Of a stretch of 54,731 nt of DNA, positions 10,201-18,608 are shown piece by piece. Location of the stretch: contig CAYGWQ010000003.1 in the NCBI GenBank assembly GCA_964353465.1, forward strand, positions 1-54,731, read 5' to 3'. Positions within the stretch are counted from its first letter, which is position 1. Each line of letters begins with the position of its first letter. The translations under genes and the position numbers were made by a program. A model generated the notes under the pieces. That model searched no databases and was not told where the DNA came from. It saw nothing but the letters and a program-made list of their open reading frames with translations. Source of the DNA: an uncultured Acidobacteriota bacterium. GTDB taxonomy: Bacteria; Acidobacteriota; UBA6911.

Positions 10201-10508
10201 GCGTATGCTTTGTAGTCGTCGCGCAGATACCAGAAGTGGTCGTGTAATCCGTGCACCCAGGGTGTGCCGGTGCTGATTGCGTCGCCATATCCTTGCGCCT
10301 GGAGAATGCCGGGCAACGCAATCCGATCCTGCAAATCCCTCCCGAACCACTGCTCCTTCACCCCCGCATCCATCCTATCCAGCGCGAACCGCCAGCTCCC
10401 CGCCAGGCTGATGGGCGCTTTCGGGGCCGCAGCTGGCGCCATTGACATCCCATGTGATAGAACGCCGGCCATTGCGGAAACCAGAAAACCCTTCAGTATA
10501 ATCTTCAT
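7290..10508 (-). CDS. glycoside hydrolase family 2 with C-terminal F5/8 type C (discoidin) domain, exported
   Basis: Inside ORF 7290..10550. The start is at ATG 10508 (MKIILKGFLVSAMAGVL signal). It has a GH2 sugar-binding-type N-terminus (GSWRFALD..., AWYQRDIEIP), a TIM-barrel segment (LNHMRFHSWCPPEAAFIAADELGFYFQPE) and a C-terminal NAVDGDPNTFW discoidin-type motif. Confidence 0.85.
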   Translation of the reverse strand: MKIILKGFLVSAMAGVLSHGMSMAPAAAPKAPISLAGSWRFALDRMDAGVKEQWFGRDLQDRIALPGILQAQGYGDAISTGTPWVHGLHDHFWYLRDDYKAYAKTGNVKVPFLSQPPRHYLGAAWYQRDIEIPRAWQGRRVVLTLERPRWETTVWLGKTKIGSCNSLVAPHVYDLGIMAPGRNRLSIRVDNRMILPYRPDAHSVSDSLGSSWNGITGKIELTATSPVWIDDAQVFSNVAKKSALIKVQIGNRTGRTGTVTLSVGSISTPVAMDAKGGRAELEVPLSKDAQPWDEFTPALQRLTLLLTGDQADDRRELVFGLREFRAQGNEFILNGRKANLRGTHNGGDFPLTGYPPSDVASWKRIIRICQAWGLNHMRFHSWCPPEAAFIAADELGFYFQPECGMWNEISPGSEMERMMYEETARMIKSYGNHPSFMLLSPSNEPGGNWKQSLPRWVEHFRREDPRRLYTTGTGWSLIDAPGPVEGADYLAVHRIGLNMLRKESAWFGRDYASSLKGVNIPVVSHETGQWCAYPNYDVIKKFTGYLRPGNYEIFRDSLAAHGLLDRNRDFAYASGRYQLACYKEDIEANLRTPGLSGFQLLDLHDYIGQGTALVGLLDPFWESKGYATPEEFRRFCNTTVPLVRLKNQVFTTADRLDADVEAAHFGSQPIVGAVPVWKIVNAGGATVARGQLQAATIPLGKNIPLGKISLDLSHLAAPQAYKLVVGLQGTAFENDWKFWLYPAQADSAPASDVLITSAWDEAEAALMAGGKLLFLPRPADLDWTSPPLDVVPIFWNRMMTPGWGRMLGLWCDARHPALSGFPTESSFDWQWIELVRRMRAINLDRLPRGLQPIVQPIDDWNRNYKLGMVFECKVGRGRLMVCSADLVDSLDSRPAARQLRRSLLDYMATTRFEPTVAVSTSEMRSLLFDTQIMRKLGAKAQAAGQPANAVDGDPNTFWLAGERGPGYPHELIVSFPAPVAMSGLVCMPRQNHREHQGDIREYLVQVSDDGSQWREAARGELASSFSPQRVRFAQTVTARFLKFTALSGFGSDTTAALAELALITDERKLQER

Positions 10509-10548
10509 ATTTTCATTCCAGAGGCTGGAATACCGATTTATCGGGCCC

Positions 10549-10575
10549 ACTTTCGTGTATTTCGTGTATTTTGTG
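10549..10575. repeat. 9-bp tandem repeat R3 (TATTTCGTG x3, imperfect)
   Basis: actttcgtg-tatttcgtg-tattttgtg. It lies 3 nt from the stop of the upstream gene (10579) and 40 nt upstream of the GH2 start (10508). Confidence 0.85.
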
Positions 10576-10578
10576 GTT

Positions 10579-13425
10579 TCATTTGGCGATCAACCGAATC
10601 GGGCCAAGCAAACCAGACGGAACGGGCTGCACTTTGTCCATATCCTGCGGCTCGAACCGAACGCCGTAGCGCAGGTTGAGAAGCCGATAGTCCGGCAGCC
10701 TTCGCCCGGCCATGTGGTTGATTGCCGTATTACCTACCACGATGCGTATCTTGTTCTCTCCCGGCTTGAGCAGATCTTTCACGTCAAGCAAGTACGGCGG
10801 GCACCAGACTGATCCCGCCCGCTGGTCATTGACATACACCACCGCCGCCTCGCGAACGGGAGCATCGAGCCAGGTCTGCATGCCGGTGCCTCTGGGTGGC
10901 GCCACAGGGAGCGGCTTCCCTTCGCCAAAATCCAGCAGCACTCTGTGGCCACCCCGGAGCATGTCCTCCGGCAAGGTCAGTTCTTTCTCATAAGTTGCCA
11001 GGCCGGAGAAGAAAAGCGTTTCTCCATCCTCGGTCCACGATCGCAGGCGATCCATCCGGATGGTCCTGCCACCAGGCCCGAAAGCGACTTGCCAGCCGGT
11101 GCTCAGATCCATCGGTCCTGGAATTGCCGCAGCGCTTCGAATCGGGAGGAGCGCAGGAGCGCGCCTTGAAAACACGAGAACCCGGGAACCATAAGGTTCC
11201 AGGTCGACAGGGACGATCGTACCTCCCGCTTGCCCGGCCTCCACTTCTGCTGCCGATGCCCGTCCCGTGAACGGATCCCACCACTCCGCCTGCATGCCTT
11301 GAATCCGGAAGGTCGCTTTCAAGCTTTGGCGCACATTGGCGGTGTTGGCAAGAAAGTAGATTTCTTCCGACCCTGTGCTGCGGTGAACGAAGCCGACCTC
11401 CGCTACCGCCGGCGAGAGCATCAGGTCGGGGCGCACCAGCTGTGCCAGCCGGCTTCCGATCTGGCGGTCCTCCTTTTCGAAGTGTGCCGGCGCCGATGGA
11501 CCTTCAAACATGCGGCGAGAGATATCCTTGATCTGATTCTGTTCCGCCTCGGTCGCCGTGAAGCCCGGCGCGAGGCCGGGCAACCGGCGCGTAGCGATCA
11601 CCTTGCCTCCGCTGCGTGCGAAATCCTCGAGCTTCTGCAGCGTGTCGAGCGGGATGCGCTCGACATTGGGAAGAACTACCGCTCGATATCGGTTCGTTCC
11701 CAGGGCAAGCACGCCGTTTTCAATCCGGCCGATCTGCCGGAGGGCCTCGTCATCGAAGAAATCGAGATTGAAACCGGCTTCGAGCACTTTGGCAACTACT
11801 TCCGGACCGATCTGCCTGCCGAGAGTCTCGATCATGTTCACGCGCCCGAGGGAGAAGGCCGCCCAGGCGTCGTGGTTGGGCAGATACAGTGCCACATCGT
11901 TGTCGGGCTGCCCCTGGCGCAGCAGGAAGCTGAGCCGCTGCAGGTAGTGGGATAGGTCCGGCATGACAATCCACCACGGATTCTTCTCGTTGAAAACGCC
12001 TGCGGCATAAAACCTCCAGCCAGGATACGCGACGCCTTCCGCGGTGTAGGGCCAGCCGTGTCCGATCAGCTGATTGACCCCTTGCAGGAAGTGGAGGTCA
12101 GCTTCGGCCTTCACATCAAGAGGAGTCGCCCGGAAAGTTGGCGAGTGCAGCCAGGTCCAGGTCTCCGAGGAAGTCACCGGGCGCCCGTATAGATGACTGG
12201 CCGAGGAAGCCCACCGCGAGGCACGGAGCACTTTCCACTGGGATCCTTCGCCCTCGGACAGATCTGCGTAAGCATTGCTCGAAATCGTAGCGGGCGGAAT
12301 GCCATATCCCTGGATGCGGAATCTCGTGCGATTCCGCTGGGACCATGCGCGCATCGGTGTGAGGAACCGTTCGTTCAACAGTTCGGTGAGCGTCAGCCCC
12401 CAGTCGTGGCGCACGCCGGAGGATTTCGGTCCGAGGTCGGCGACGAGCGCCGGCAGATGCGGTTTCAGGTCATAGCCGCGCCGTTTCTGAAACTCCGCAG
12501 GAAAATCGCCGGTCCAGTCGGATTCGTACACTTCCAGGCTGTCGCAGAAGATCGCGTAGGGGGGATTGGAGCCGAACGCCTGCATCAGCCGGTCCCCTAC
12601 TCTTTTCAGGTAATGGTCGACAGCGGCGCCGTCATAGTGGTTGAGCACAAATCCTTCGCCCCCCACCGCTGGTCGCTTCACCATCATGCCGGTGCGGCCG
12701 GCGATGAAGAAGAGAACCTCATGCGGCCCATCGAGGCCGGAAGGTAGAAATACTATGCCATCCTTGATATCCGTGATCTCGCGTACGCTCTCGCCAACGA
12801 CCGATTGACCCTGGGAGCGGGCAAGAAAAACGGCCAAAAGTTTTTCACCTGCGGGGATGTCCGGCAACGGCACGCGGCGCAGACTCTCCGCACCCTTCAC
12901 CCGCTCGCAGCGCAGTCGTCCGGCCGCTTGGCCGATCGCCACCTGCGGCCCGCCGAAGGGCCAGCCGCTGCCGAGCGTCAGATCCATGCGCAGCCCGAGT
13001 TCGCGCGCTTTTTCCGAAGTGAATCGCAGCATCTCGATGAACTCGTCCGAGAGATAGGGAAGAGTCCTGATGCCGGTGGCCGGGTCGTCGAGTGCAACGG
13101 GGTAGACCGGCTGCACCTCGAAGCCGCCGATGCCGCCCTCTTTCATCATGCGCATCTCACGTTCCAGTCCAGTTCTCGTTACCGCCGGCCCGAACCACCA
13201 CCAGCGCATCATAATGCGGCTGTCATCGGGAGGATTTTGGAAAAGTCTCAGCAAGCCGGCGGCGCCCTGAGCTGCTCCCGCCTGGCTCGCAGCAGGACGA
13301 GCGCTTCGTTGCGCAGGCGCAGTAAGCGCAGCAACTGCAAGGAGGACTGGAAGGAACATCATGATCGTCATTTTTATCGCTGGCTTCGAATGATGCTTGA
13401 GTCTGGATTCCATTGGCCGTGCCAT
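10579..13425 (-). CDS. exported glycosyl hydrolase, GH106-like (putative alpha-L-rhamnosidase type) with C-terminal galactose-binding-like domain
   Basis: Inside ORF 10579..13605. ATG 13425 is the preferred start (GGAG/AGGAA just upstream); ATG 13371 is also possible. The N-terminal [22 protein letters not shown]...[11 protein letters not shown] pattern is the one I associate with Pfam Glyco_hydro_106-type proteins. The family call is from memory only. Confidence 0.65.
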   Translation of the reverse strand: MARPMESRLKHHSKPAIKMTIMMFLPVLLAVAALTAPAQRSARPAASQAGAAQGAAGLLRLFQNPPDDSRIMMRWWWFGPAVTRTGLEREMRMMKEGGIGGFEVQPVYPVALDDPATGIRTLPYLSDEFIEMLRFTSEKARELGLRMDLTLGSGWPFGGPQVAIGQAAGRLRCERVKGAESLRRVPLPDIPAGEKLLAVFLARSQGQSVVGESVREITDIKDGIVFLPSGLDGPHEVLFFIAGRTGMMVKRPAVGGEGFVLNHYDGAAVDHYLKRVGDRLMQAFGSNPPYAIFCDSLEVYESDWTGDFPAEFQKRRGYDLKPHLPALVADLGPKSSGVRHDWGLTLTELLNERFLTPMRAWSQRNRTRFRIQGYGIPPATISSNAYADLSEGEGSQWKVLRASRWASSASHLYGRPVTSSETWTWLHSPTFRATPLDVKAEADLHFLQGVNQLIGHGWPYTAEGVAYPGWRFYAAGVFNEKNPWWIVMPDLSHYLQRLSFLLRQGQPDNDVALYLPNHDAWAAFSLGRVNMIETLGRQIGPEVVAKVLEAGFNLDFFDDEALRQIGRIENGVLALGTNRYRAVVLPNVERIPLDTLQKLEDFARSGGKVIATRRLPGLAPGFTATEAEQNQIKDISRRMFEGPSAPAHFEKEDRQIGSRLAQLVRPDLMLSPAVAEVGFVHRSTGSEEIYFLANTANVRQSLKATFRIQGMQAEWWDPFTGRASAAEVEAGQAGGTIVPVDLEPYGSRVLVFSRRAPALLPIRSAAAIPGPMDLSTGWQVAFGPGGRTIRMDRLRSWTEDGETLFFSGLATYEKELTLPEDMLRGGHRVLLDFGEGKPLPVAPPRGTGMQTWLDAPVREAAVVYVNDQRAGSVWCPPYLLDVKDLLKPGENKIRIVVGNTAINHMAGRRLPDYRLLNLRYGVRFEPQDMDKVQPVPSGLLGPIRLIAK

Positions 13426-13518
13426 ATTGTGTTCCTCTGCTCCAAAATTGGGTATGTCCCGGCCGCGGCCTGGACACGGATCGGCGCACGCAGTTATTGA
13501 CCTCGGCAGCCAGAGCCC

Positions 13519-13635
13519 CGTCCGGCGGCCGGGGCCTACTTGGCCGAACCCAGGTGGGCGCCGGATGCCAGACGGCGCTCCTGTTCTTTTATCGCAACAC
13601 CGCAAGCCTCGTCCGGCGGCCGGGTCCTACTTGGC
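13519..13635. repeat. two copies of a 26-bp direct repeat (CGTCCGGCGGCCGGGNCCTACTTGGC) 91 bp apart
   Basis: Copies are at 13519-13544 and 13610-13635 and differ at one position. They lie in the intergenic region between CDS 13656..15860 and the start of CDS 10579..13425. Confidence 0.8.
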
Positions 13636-13655
13636 ACGCCGGTTGACGCATCCTC

Positions 13656-15860
13656 CTAGAGAAGTGATGGATTCAAGTCTTCCCAGCGTACAGTCCAGGA
13701 CCCATCGCGCGGGAATCCCGGCGCCTGCGAGCTTGCCGCTCCCCGCCACCCGGCCGCCATCATTGCGATTGCATAAAGCAGCCCGCCGTTTCCCGGCAAG
13801 TAGCACGGCAGATCCTTGCGCTGCCAGTTGTGGCCGTTGGCAAGGTATTTATTTTTCTCTGTACTCATCATGAGTGCCTCGATCGCCAGTTCGGGTTCGC
13901 CCAGCCGCGCTGCCGTCATGGCAGTCAACGGATAATCCCAGCCCCAGGTCCTCTCCCACTGCCATTCTTTCATCACTTTGTAAAGCGTGCGGCGCATGGT
14001 TTCGCGATCCACGCCCTCCCCGGGCAAAACGCCGAGCGCCCCAAGCATCGAGGGATGGTCGAAATTCCGTTCCGAGTAAGTCTGCGGGCAATTCTCGTGG
14101 GCAAGATAGACGCCCGCTTGCACGGGCAGGGGCGTCAGGTGGGATATAACATCATCCCATTCAGAGTTGCGTTTCATCCCCGACAGCTCGCGCCATTGCT
14201 GAGCGATGTTCAGCCCATAGGCCCAGTAGGCCAGCTCGAACGTCGGATTCCACGTTTCCCGAGGCGGATGGTTCTCCTGAGCCGGGATGACAGGCGGCCC
14301 GAGCACATACCGTTGCGATTTCGGATCCGGAAAAGCATACGAAGCCATGAATGCCGCCGACTCGAAGACGAGGGACCCATATCGCTTGAGCGCCGCCCGA
14401 TCCCCGAGGACCCGGCGGCACAACTCGGCATAGAAAATCGGATGAGGTTGCTGCCAGATGAGCAACGGCCCGATCGGAGAGGGGCTATCGCGGCCTTCCG
14501 GTCCGACCATCTTCGGCCAGCGGGCCCCGTTATAGCCTTGGGCCACAGCCGTGCGGCGCGCTGCCGGCAGGATGGAGTGGTACCAGGCGAGGCTCCTTTC
14601 CAGCAAGGGGAGCCGGTTCCACACGGCGAAGTGAGCTGCGTGCCACCAGTGCATCTCGAGATGGAACTTGCCGTACCAGCTGTTTACGGTCAGTCCCGTC
14701 TCCTGCGGCGGCATCGATCCGCAACATTGAATGGCAGTCAGGTATTGCGACAGCACAATGCGGCGCTCCAGTTCAGGTGCTCGCGGGTCCCTGCTGCCGG
14801 CCAGTTCGACGGCACCGCCGCGCGTCCAGAAGCGTTTCCAGTGCGTGGCGCTCTCCGCAAGAGACGAGGCGGCACTCGGCAGAGACCTGTTCGATGGACG
14901 CGGGGAAAACGATACGACAAATTCCAGACGATGGTTCTCCTTTGCCGGAGCCAGGAGAAAATCATGAATATCTTCGGCGGTGAAAGATGCCCGGCCGGTC
15001 CAGTGGACTGCCGCAAAATATTCTTCTGCGTCCAGCTTGCGGCGGATCTCGGCGCGCTCAGCGGTGTTCCTGATTAGGTCGGATTTATGCCGGTCAGGTT
15101 TTTGCCAATCGGCGGCCTGCATGCCCGGCGAGCCGTAGGGAAAGGAAAAGTGAACAGCGAGTCGCCCCTCATCGATCAGTGAAGACTCGATGAGTACGGC
15201 GAGCAGATCCAGGGCCGGATGAACCGCTGTCGTAACCGCAACCGTGCGGCCTTCAACTACAAAGCGGCTCATTAGCCTGCCCGCCCAGAGATCCAGTTTT
15301 TGGTCGATATCGCCAATGTCTTCCGCCTGGACCTCTCTTCCGCCGGCCATCTTCATGCGCAGGCCGATCCGGCCGAGATGCAGACGGTGAGGATTCTCCC
15401 TCAGCCAGGTGTAGAGTTCGCTTTGGCCTGCCGCGCTGGTTGCGTAGCCGACTTGTCGGCCGTGAGTATCGTAAGGGACAAGGCGCAGCGCCCCGGGATC
15501 GAGACTCGCCGGCACCGGCGCGGCGTGCCACCCCCACTGGGACATCGTGCAAAGCGGCATGGTCTGCGCGTACTTTGCGGGGAAGGTCTGCAGCCCCGTA
15601 ATGTCGGCGGTGAAGGCGAACTCGCCGTTGCCGAGAGAAAACGGCGACAGCGGATCGAGCTTCCGCAGCCTGGGATCGTGGCGGGCAACAAGAGCCGCCC
15701 GGTCAATCCGGACCGTTCTGCCGGATTGCGCGCCTGGAATTGAGGCCCCCTGACCGGGAATCGCGAAATGCTGCGGCCGATTGAATACAGCAATGCCCGC
15801 CGGGATCAGCCCCCCTGACGCTGCCAGTTTTTTGAGAAACCTGCGCCGCGGAATCTTCAT
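13656..15860 (-). CDS. Tat-exported putative glycoside hydrolase of unassigned family
   Basis: Inside ORF 13656..15986. The start is at ATG 15860, giving MKIPRRRFLKKLAASGGLIPAG (twin-arginine signal). It is a protein of about 730 aa embedded in the pectin cluster. The Trp/His-rich segment NSWYGKFHLEMHWWHAAHFAVWNR suggests an (alpha/alpha)6-type glycosidase, but I cannot assign a family. Confidence 0.7.
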   Translation of the reverse strand: MKIPRRRFLKKLAASGGLIPAGIAVFNRPQHFAIPGQGASIPGAQSGRTVRIDRAALVARHDPRLRKLDPLSPFSLGNGEFAFTADITGLQTFPAKYAQTMPLCTMSQWGWHAAPVPASLDPGALRLVPYDTHGRQVGYATSAAGQSELYTWLRENPHRLHLGRIGLRMKMAGGREVQAEDIGDIDQKLDLWAGRLMSRFVVEGRTVAVTTAVHPALDLLAVLIESSLIDEGRLAVHFSFPYGSPGMQAADWQKPDRHKSDLIRNTAERAEIRRKLDAEEYFAAVHWTGRASFTAEDIHDFLLAPAKENHRLEFVVSFSPRPSNRSLPSAASSLAESATHWKRFWTRGGAVELAGSRDPRAPELERRIVLSQYLTAIQCCGSMPPQETGLTVNSWYGKFHLEMHWWHAAHFAVWNRLPLLERSLAWYHSILPAARRTAVAQGYNGARWPKMVGPEGRDSPSPIGPLLIWQQPHPIFYAELCRRVLGDRAALKRYGSLVFESAAFMASYAFPDPKSQRYVLGPPVIPAQENHPPRETWNPTFELAYWAYGLNIAQQWRELSGMKRNSEWDDVISHLTPLPVQAGVYLAHENCPQTYSERNFDHPSMLGALGVLPGEGVDRETMRRTLYKVMKEWQWERTWGWDYPLTAMTAARLGEPELAIEALMMSTEKNKYLANGHNWQRKDLPCYLPGNGGLLYAIAMMAAGWRGAASSQAPGFPRDGSWTVRWEDLNPSLL

Positions 15861-16031
15861 TCGCACACCAATGGTGAGAAATGCTCTGTATTTATCGTCC
15901 TGTCGGCGATCCGGTCTGGTTGATATATTGCGAACATGTGGCCCCGGAAGTAAAGCCCGATTTTTCGTCCAGGGCCCGTATTGCAATATGAAACATGCCT
16001 TGATCTATGAAGTAGCGCAGCAGAAAAAACC

Positions 16032-16097
16032 GGAACCACGAAATACGCGAAATACACGAAATCACAGGGGCGATCTTTTCGTGTATTTCGTGGTTCC
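16032..16097. repeat. R4: inverted pair of the 9-bp repeat forming a long hairpin
   Basis: GGAACCACGAAATAC (16032-16046) is the perfect reverse complement of GTATTTCGTGGTTCC (16083-16097). The left arm carries one extra 9-bp unit (GCGAAATAC). It sits in the divergent region between starts 15860(-) and 16416(+). Confidence 0.85.
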
Positions 16098-16415
16098 TGA
16101 ATGCGGGTCATCCGGGCACTCGCCATATCATGGCGGACCGACAAACCGGGATGCTGAGCCCCCGGCACAGATCTGTTCCTTATCAGATGTTTTGCAGTGC
16201 GCAACACAGGGTGAGGTTTAAAAAGCTCTTGACGCAAATCCGGCAGGTGATCAGGATACGACTTGGTGCTTTCCAATGATCGCTTGCGTTCATAGGGGAG
16301 CCGCTGCTCGCCCCTGTGTTCCTCCATTTTCGCCTTTTCAGATGCAGCAAAGCGGCAAAAGGGACTTCTTCGACATTTTGTGATTCTGTGCCACAGAATA
16401 GCAGCGAGGTAAACC

Positions 16416-18608
16416 ATGGGATACTACTTCGAAGATCATCAGAGCATGTTTGCGCGAGTCGGCGGGCAGGTGGAGAAAACCCTCGACAGCATTGTCAAGC
16501 GGTATGTGGGGCAGAATCCGCCTCATCCTCTGACCTTCCGGGCCTATAGTAGGAGAGGCATCTTGCGAGGCAAAGACTATCGCTACCACGCAGACTTCAA
16601 TGAGGTCTTTCCCGAAGCGGAACGCGAGCAGTTCGTGTGCGCATGGGCGAGGTATTGGGCAGATACCGCCTTGGAACTGAAATTCGACGTAACCTGTTTC
16701 GGCCCGATCGTCCTTTATTGCAACGGACAGGTCATCTTCAAATCCAACATTTTCTCCGAGCGCTACAGCGATCAGAGGCACTCCCTGTTTATCCCCGTGC
16801 AGGCAGGCTGGAACCATCTCGTCATCCGGTTCAAAAAGACCCGCGCTGGTTTTGGCGGCATTTTCGGGACCTGGCTCGGCAAGCTTCCTTATTACTTCCT
16901 GATGCCGACGGAAGAGAGGAAGGGACAGGAGGGCTGGATCTTCACGGGACCAATGTCCGCCGAGCTTCCCACCCTGCCTGGCGCGGGCATGAGCGAGAAA
17001 GACACCGGCCTCCAATGGTACCCGGAACAGGAATGGGATGCGGCCAAACGGAAGTTGGCGCAGCTTCAGCGGATCTACGGGCTCATGCCCGATACCTTTG
17101 CAGTAGGGTGGACCCGGGCCCGTTTCATGCGCCCGGGCACGGGCGAGTATGCCTTGAAGGGCCGCCATCACGGCCCGATTGAGGTGTATGTCAAAGACAA
17201 GCTGGTGTACAGCGCCCGATCATCGGGGAAAATCGCCGCCGGTATCCGGGCTCCTTTCGGAAATCACGATGTGATGGTCAAGTGCGGGTGCGGGCGCGCC
17301 GATTGGGGCTTCGATCTTTCGATTCGAAACGGGAATGATCCCGTTCCCATTATCAGTCCCTGCAACATCATGGGCAGTTCTCAGGCATGGCTCTACATCG
17401 GCCCTTTCGCACAATCCGCAAAACTCGATCTGAAGAAGCTGAGAGATTTGAGCAAAGTCTTCCCCAGCGTGGAGCGAGAAACCTACTGGCGTCTCGACAT
17501 GCCGGACACGTGGCTGCGGCCGTACAACGAAAATCCCCTGTACGGCAGGTGGAACTATCCGCTGGGCGTGACTCTATACGGGCTGCTTCACAGCGCCAAG
17601 GCGATCGGCTCGGAGGAAGTTCAGCAGTACGTCGTCAGGCATATCCAGTTCTGCTGTGACATGTTCCGCTATGCCTTGTGGGATAAAGAGCAATACGGCG
17701 GCGCCACGACGGTGCATCACCTGTTGTCCAGCATCGACAGTCTGGACGACTGCGGCTCCTTTGGGTCCTGCATGCTTGAAGTTGCCAGGCATTTCGAGAT
17801 ACGAGGCTATAAGCAGATCGCCGAATATGTCGCGGATTACATATCCAACAGGCAGATCCGGCTCCCCGACGGCACATTCTTCCGCAAAAACCTGATGCAC
17901 GTCTTTCATGAGAACACCATGTGGGCGGATGACCTCTACATGAGTGTTCCCTTCCTCTGCCGGTATTATCAACTGACCGGAGACACCAGGTATATCGACG
18001 ACGCGGCCCGGCAATTCCTGGGATTCAAGAAGCACCTTTTCATACCCAAGTGGAAAGTCATGTCTCACGTGTACGACTTCAAGCGGCAGATGGCCACAGG
18101 AGTGCCGTGGGGGCGCGGCAACGGTTGGGTACTCTTTTCGCTCTCCGAGCTGCTCGCGGTGTTGCCCAAGGACCATGCTCAAAGGCCCGCGGTACTGGAG
18201 ATGTTCCGCGAGCTGTGCCAAGGGTACCTCGCCCTGCAGGACGAAGCGGGCATGTGGCACCAGGTGCTGAACCACCACGATTCCTATCCGGAAACCTCCT
18301 GCACATCGATGTTCACTTACGCGTTTGCAAGGGGAATACAATACGGCTGGCTGGAAAAGCCGGAGGCTTACATCCAGGCGGTATTCAAGGCCTGGGAAGC
18401 GCTCAACAAGATCTCCATCGATCAGGGGGGCAACGTGCATGGCGTCTGCCGGGGCTCGGAGTTTTCCTTCACTCCGGAGTACTACAAGAAAGAGCTCCTG
18501 TGGAATCTGAATGACACGCACGGCATCGGAATTGTCCTGCTGGCCGGTGTGGAAGTTCTGCGGTTGATGAAGCACCTGGCATCCGAATCGAAGAGGAAGA
18601 TGAGATGA
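16416..18608 (+). CDS. unsaturated rhamnogalacturonyl hydrolase (GH105, YteR/YesR-like) with ~340-aa N-terminal extension, cytoplasmic
   Basis: The C-terminal half carries GH105/GH88 hallmarks: WADDLYMSVPFL, WGRGNGW, ETSCTSMFTYA, DTHGIGIVLLAG. There is no signal peptide. The stop overlaps the next start (ATGA at 18605-18608). Confidence 0.9.
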   Translation: MGYYFEDHQSMFARVGGQVEKTLDSIVKRYVGQNPPHPLTFRAYSRRGILRGKDYRYHADFNEVFPEAEREQFVCAWARYWADTALELKFDVTCFGPIVLYCNGQVIFKSNIFSERYSDQRHSLFIPVQAGWNHLVIRFKKTRAGFGGIFGTWLGKLPYYFLMPTEERKGQEGWIFTGPMSAELPTLPGAGMSEKDTGLQWYPEQEWDAAKRKLAQLQRIYGLMPDTFAVGWTRARFMRPGTGEYALKGRHHGPIEVYVKDKLVYSARSSGKIAAGIRAPFGNHDVMVKCGCGRADWGFDLSIRNGNDPVPIISPCNIMGSSQAWLYIGPFAQSAKLDLKKLRDLSKVFPSVERETYWRLDMPDTWLRPYNENPLYGRWNYPLGVTLYGLLHSAKAIGSEEVQQYVVRHIQFCCDMFRYALWDKEQYGGATTVHHLLSSIDSLDDCGSFGSCMLEVARHFEIRGYKQIAEYVADYISNRQIRLPDGTFFRKNLMHVFHENTMWADDLYMSVPFLCRYYQLTGDTRYIDDAARQFLGFKKHLFIPKWKVMSHVYDFKRQMATGVPWGRGNGWVLFSLSELLAVLPKDHAQRPAVLEMFRELCQGYLALQDEAGMWHQVLNHHDSYPETSCTSMFTYAFARGIQYGWLEKPEAYIQAVFKAWEALNKISIDQGGNVHGVCRGSEFSFTPEYYKKELLWNLNDTHGIGIVLLAGVEVLRLMKHLASESKRKMR

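Noticed and set aside
13632-13646. Near-consensus sigma-54 promoter element TGGCACG-N4-TTGA on the plus strand.
   Set aside because: - It points into the 3' end of a minus-strand gene, with no plus-strand gene downstream.
- It is part of the 26-bp direct repeat, so the match is probably fortuitous.
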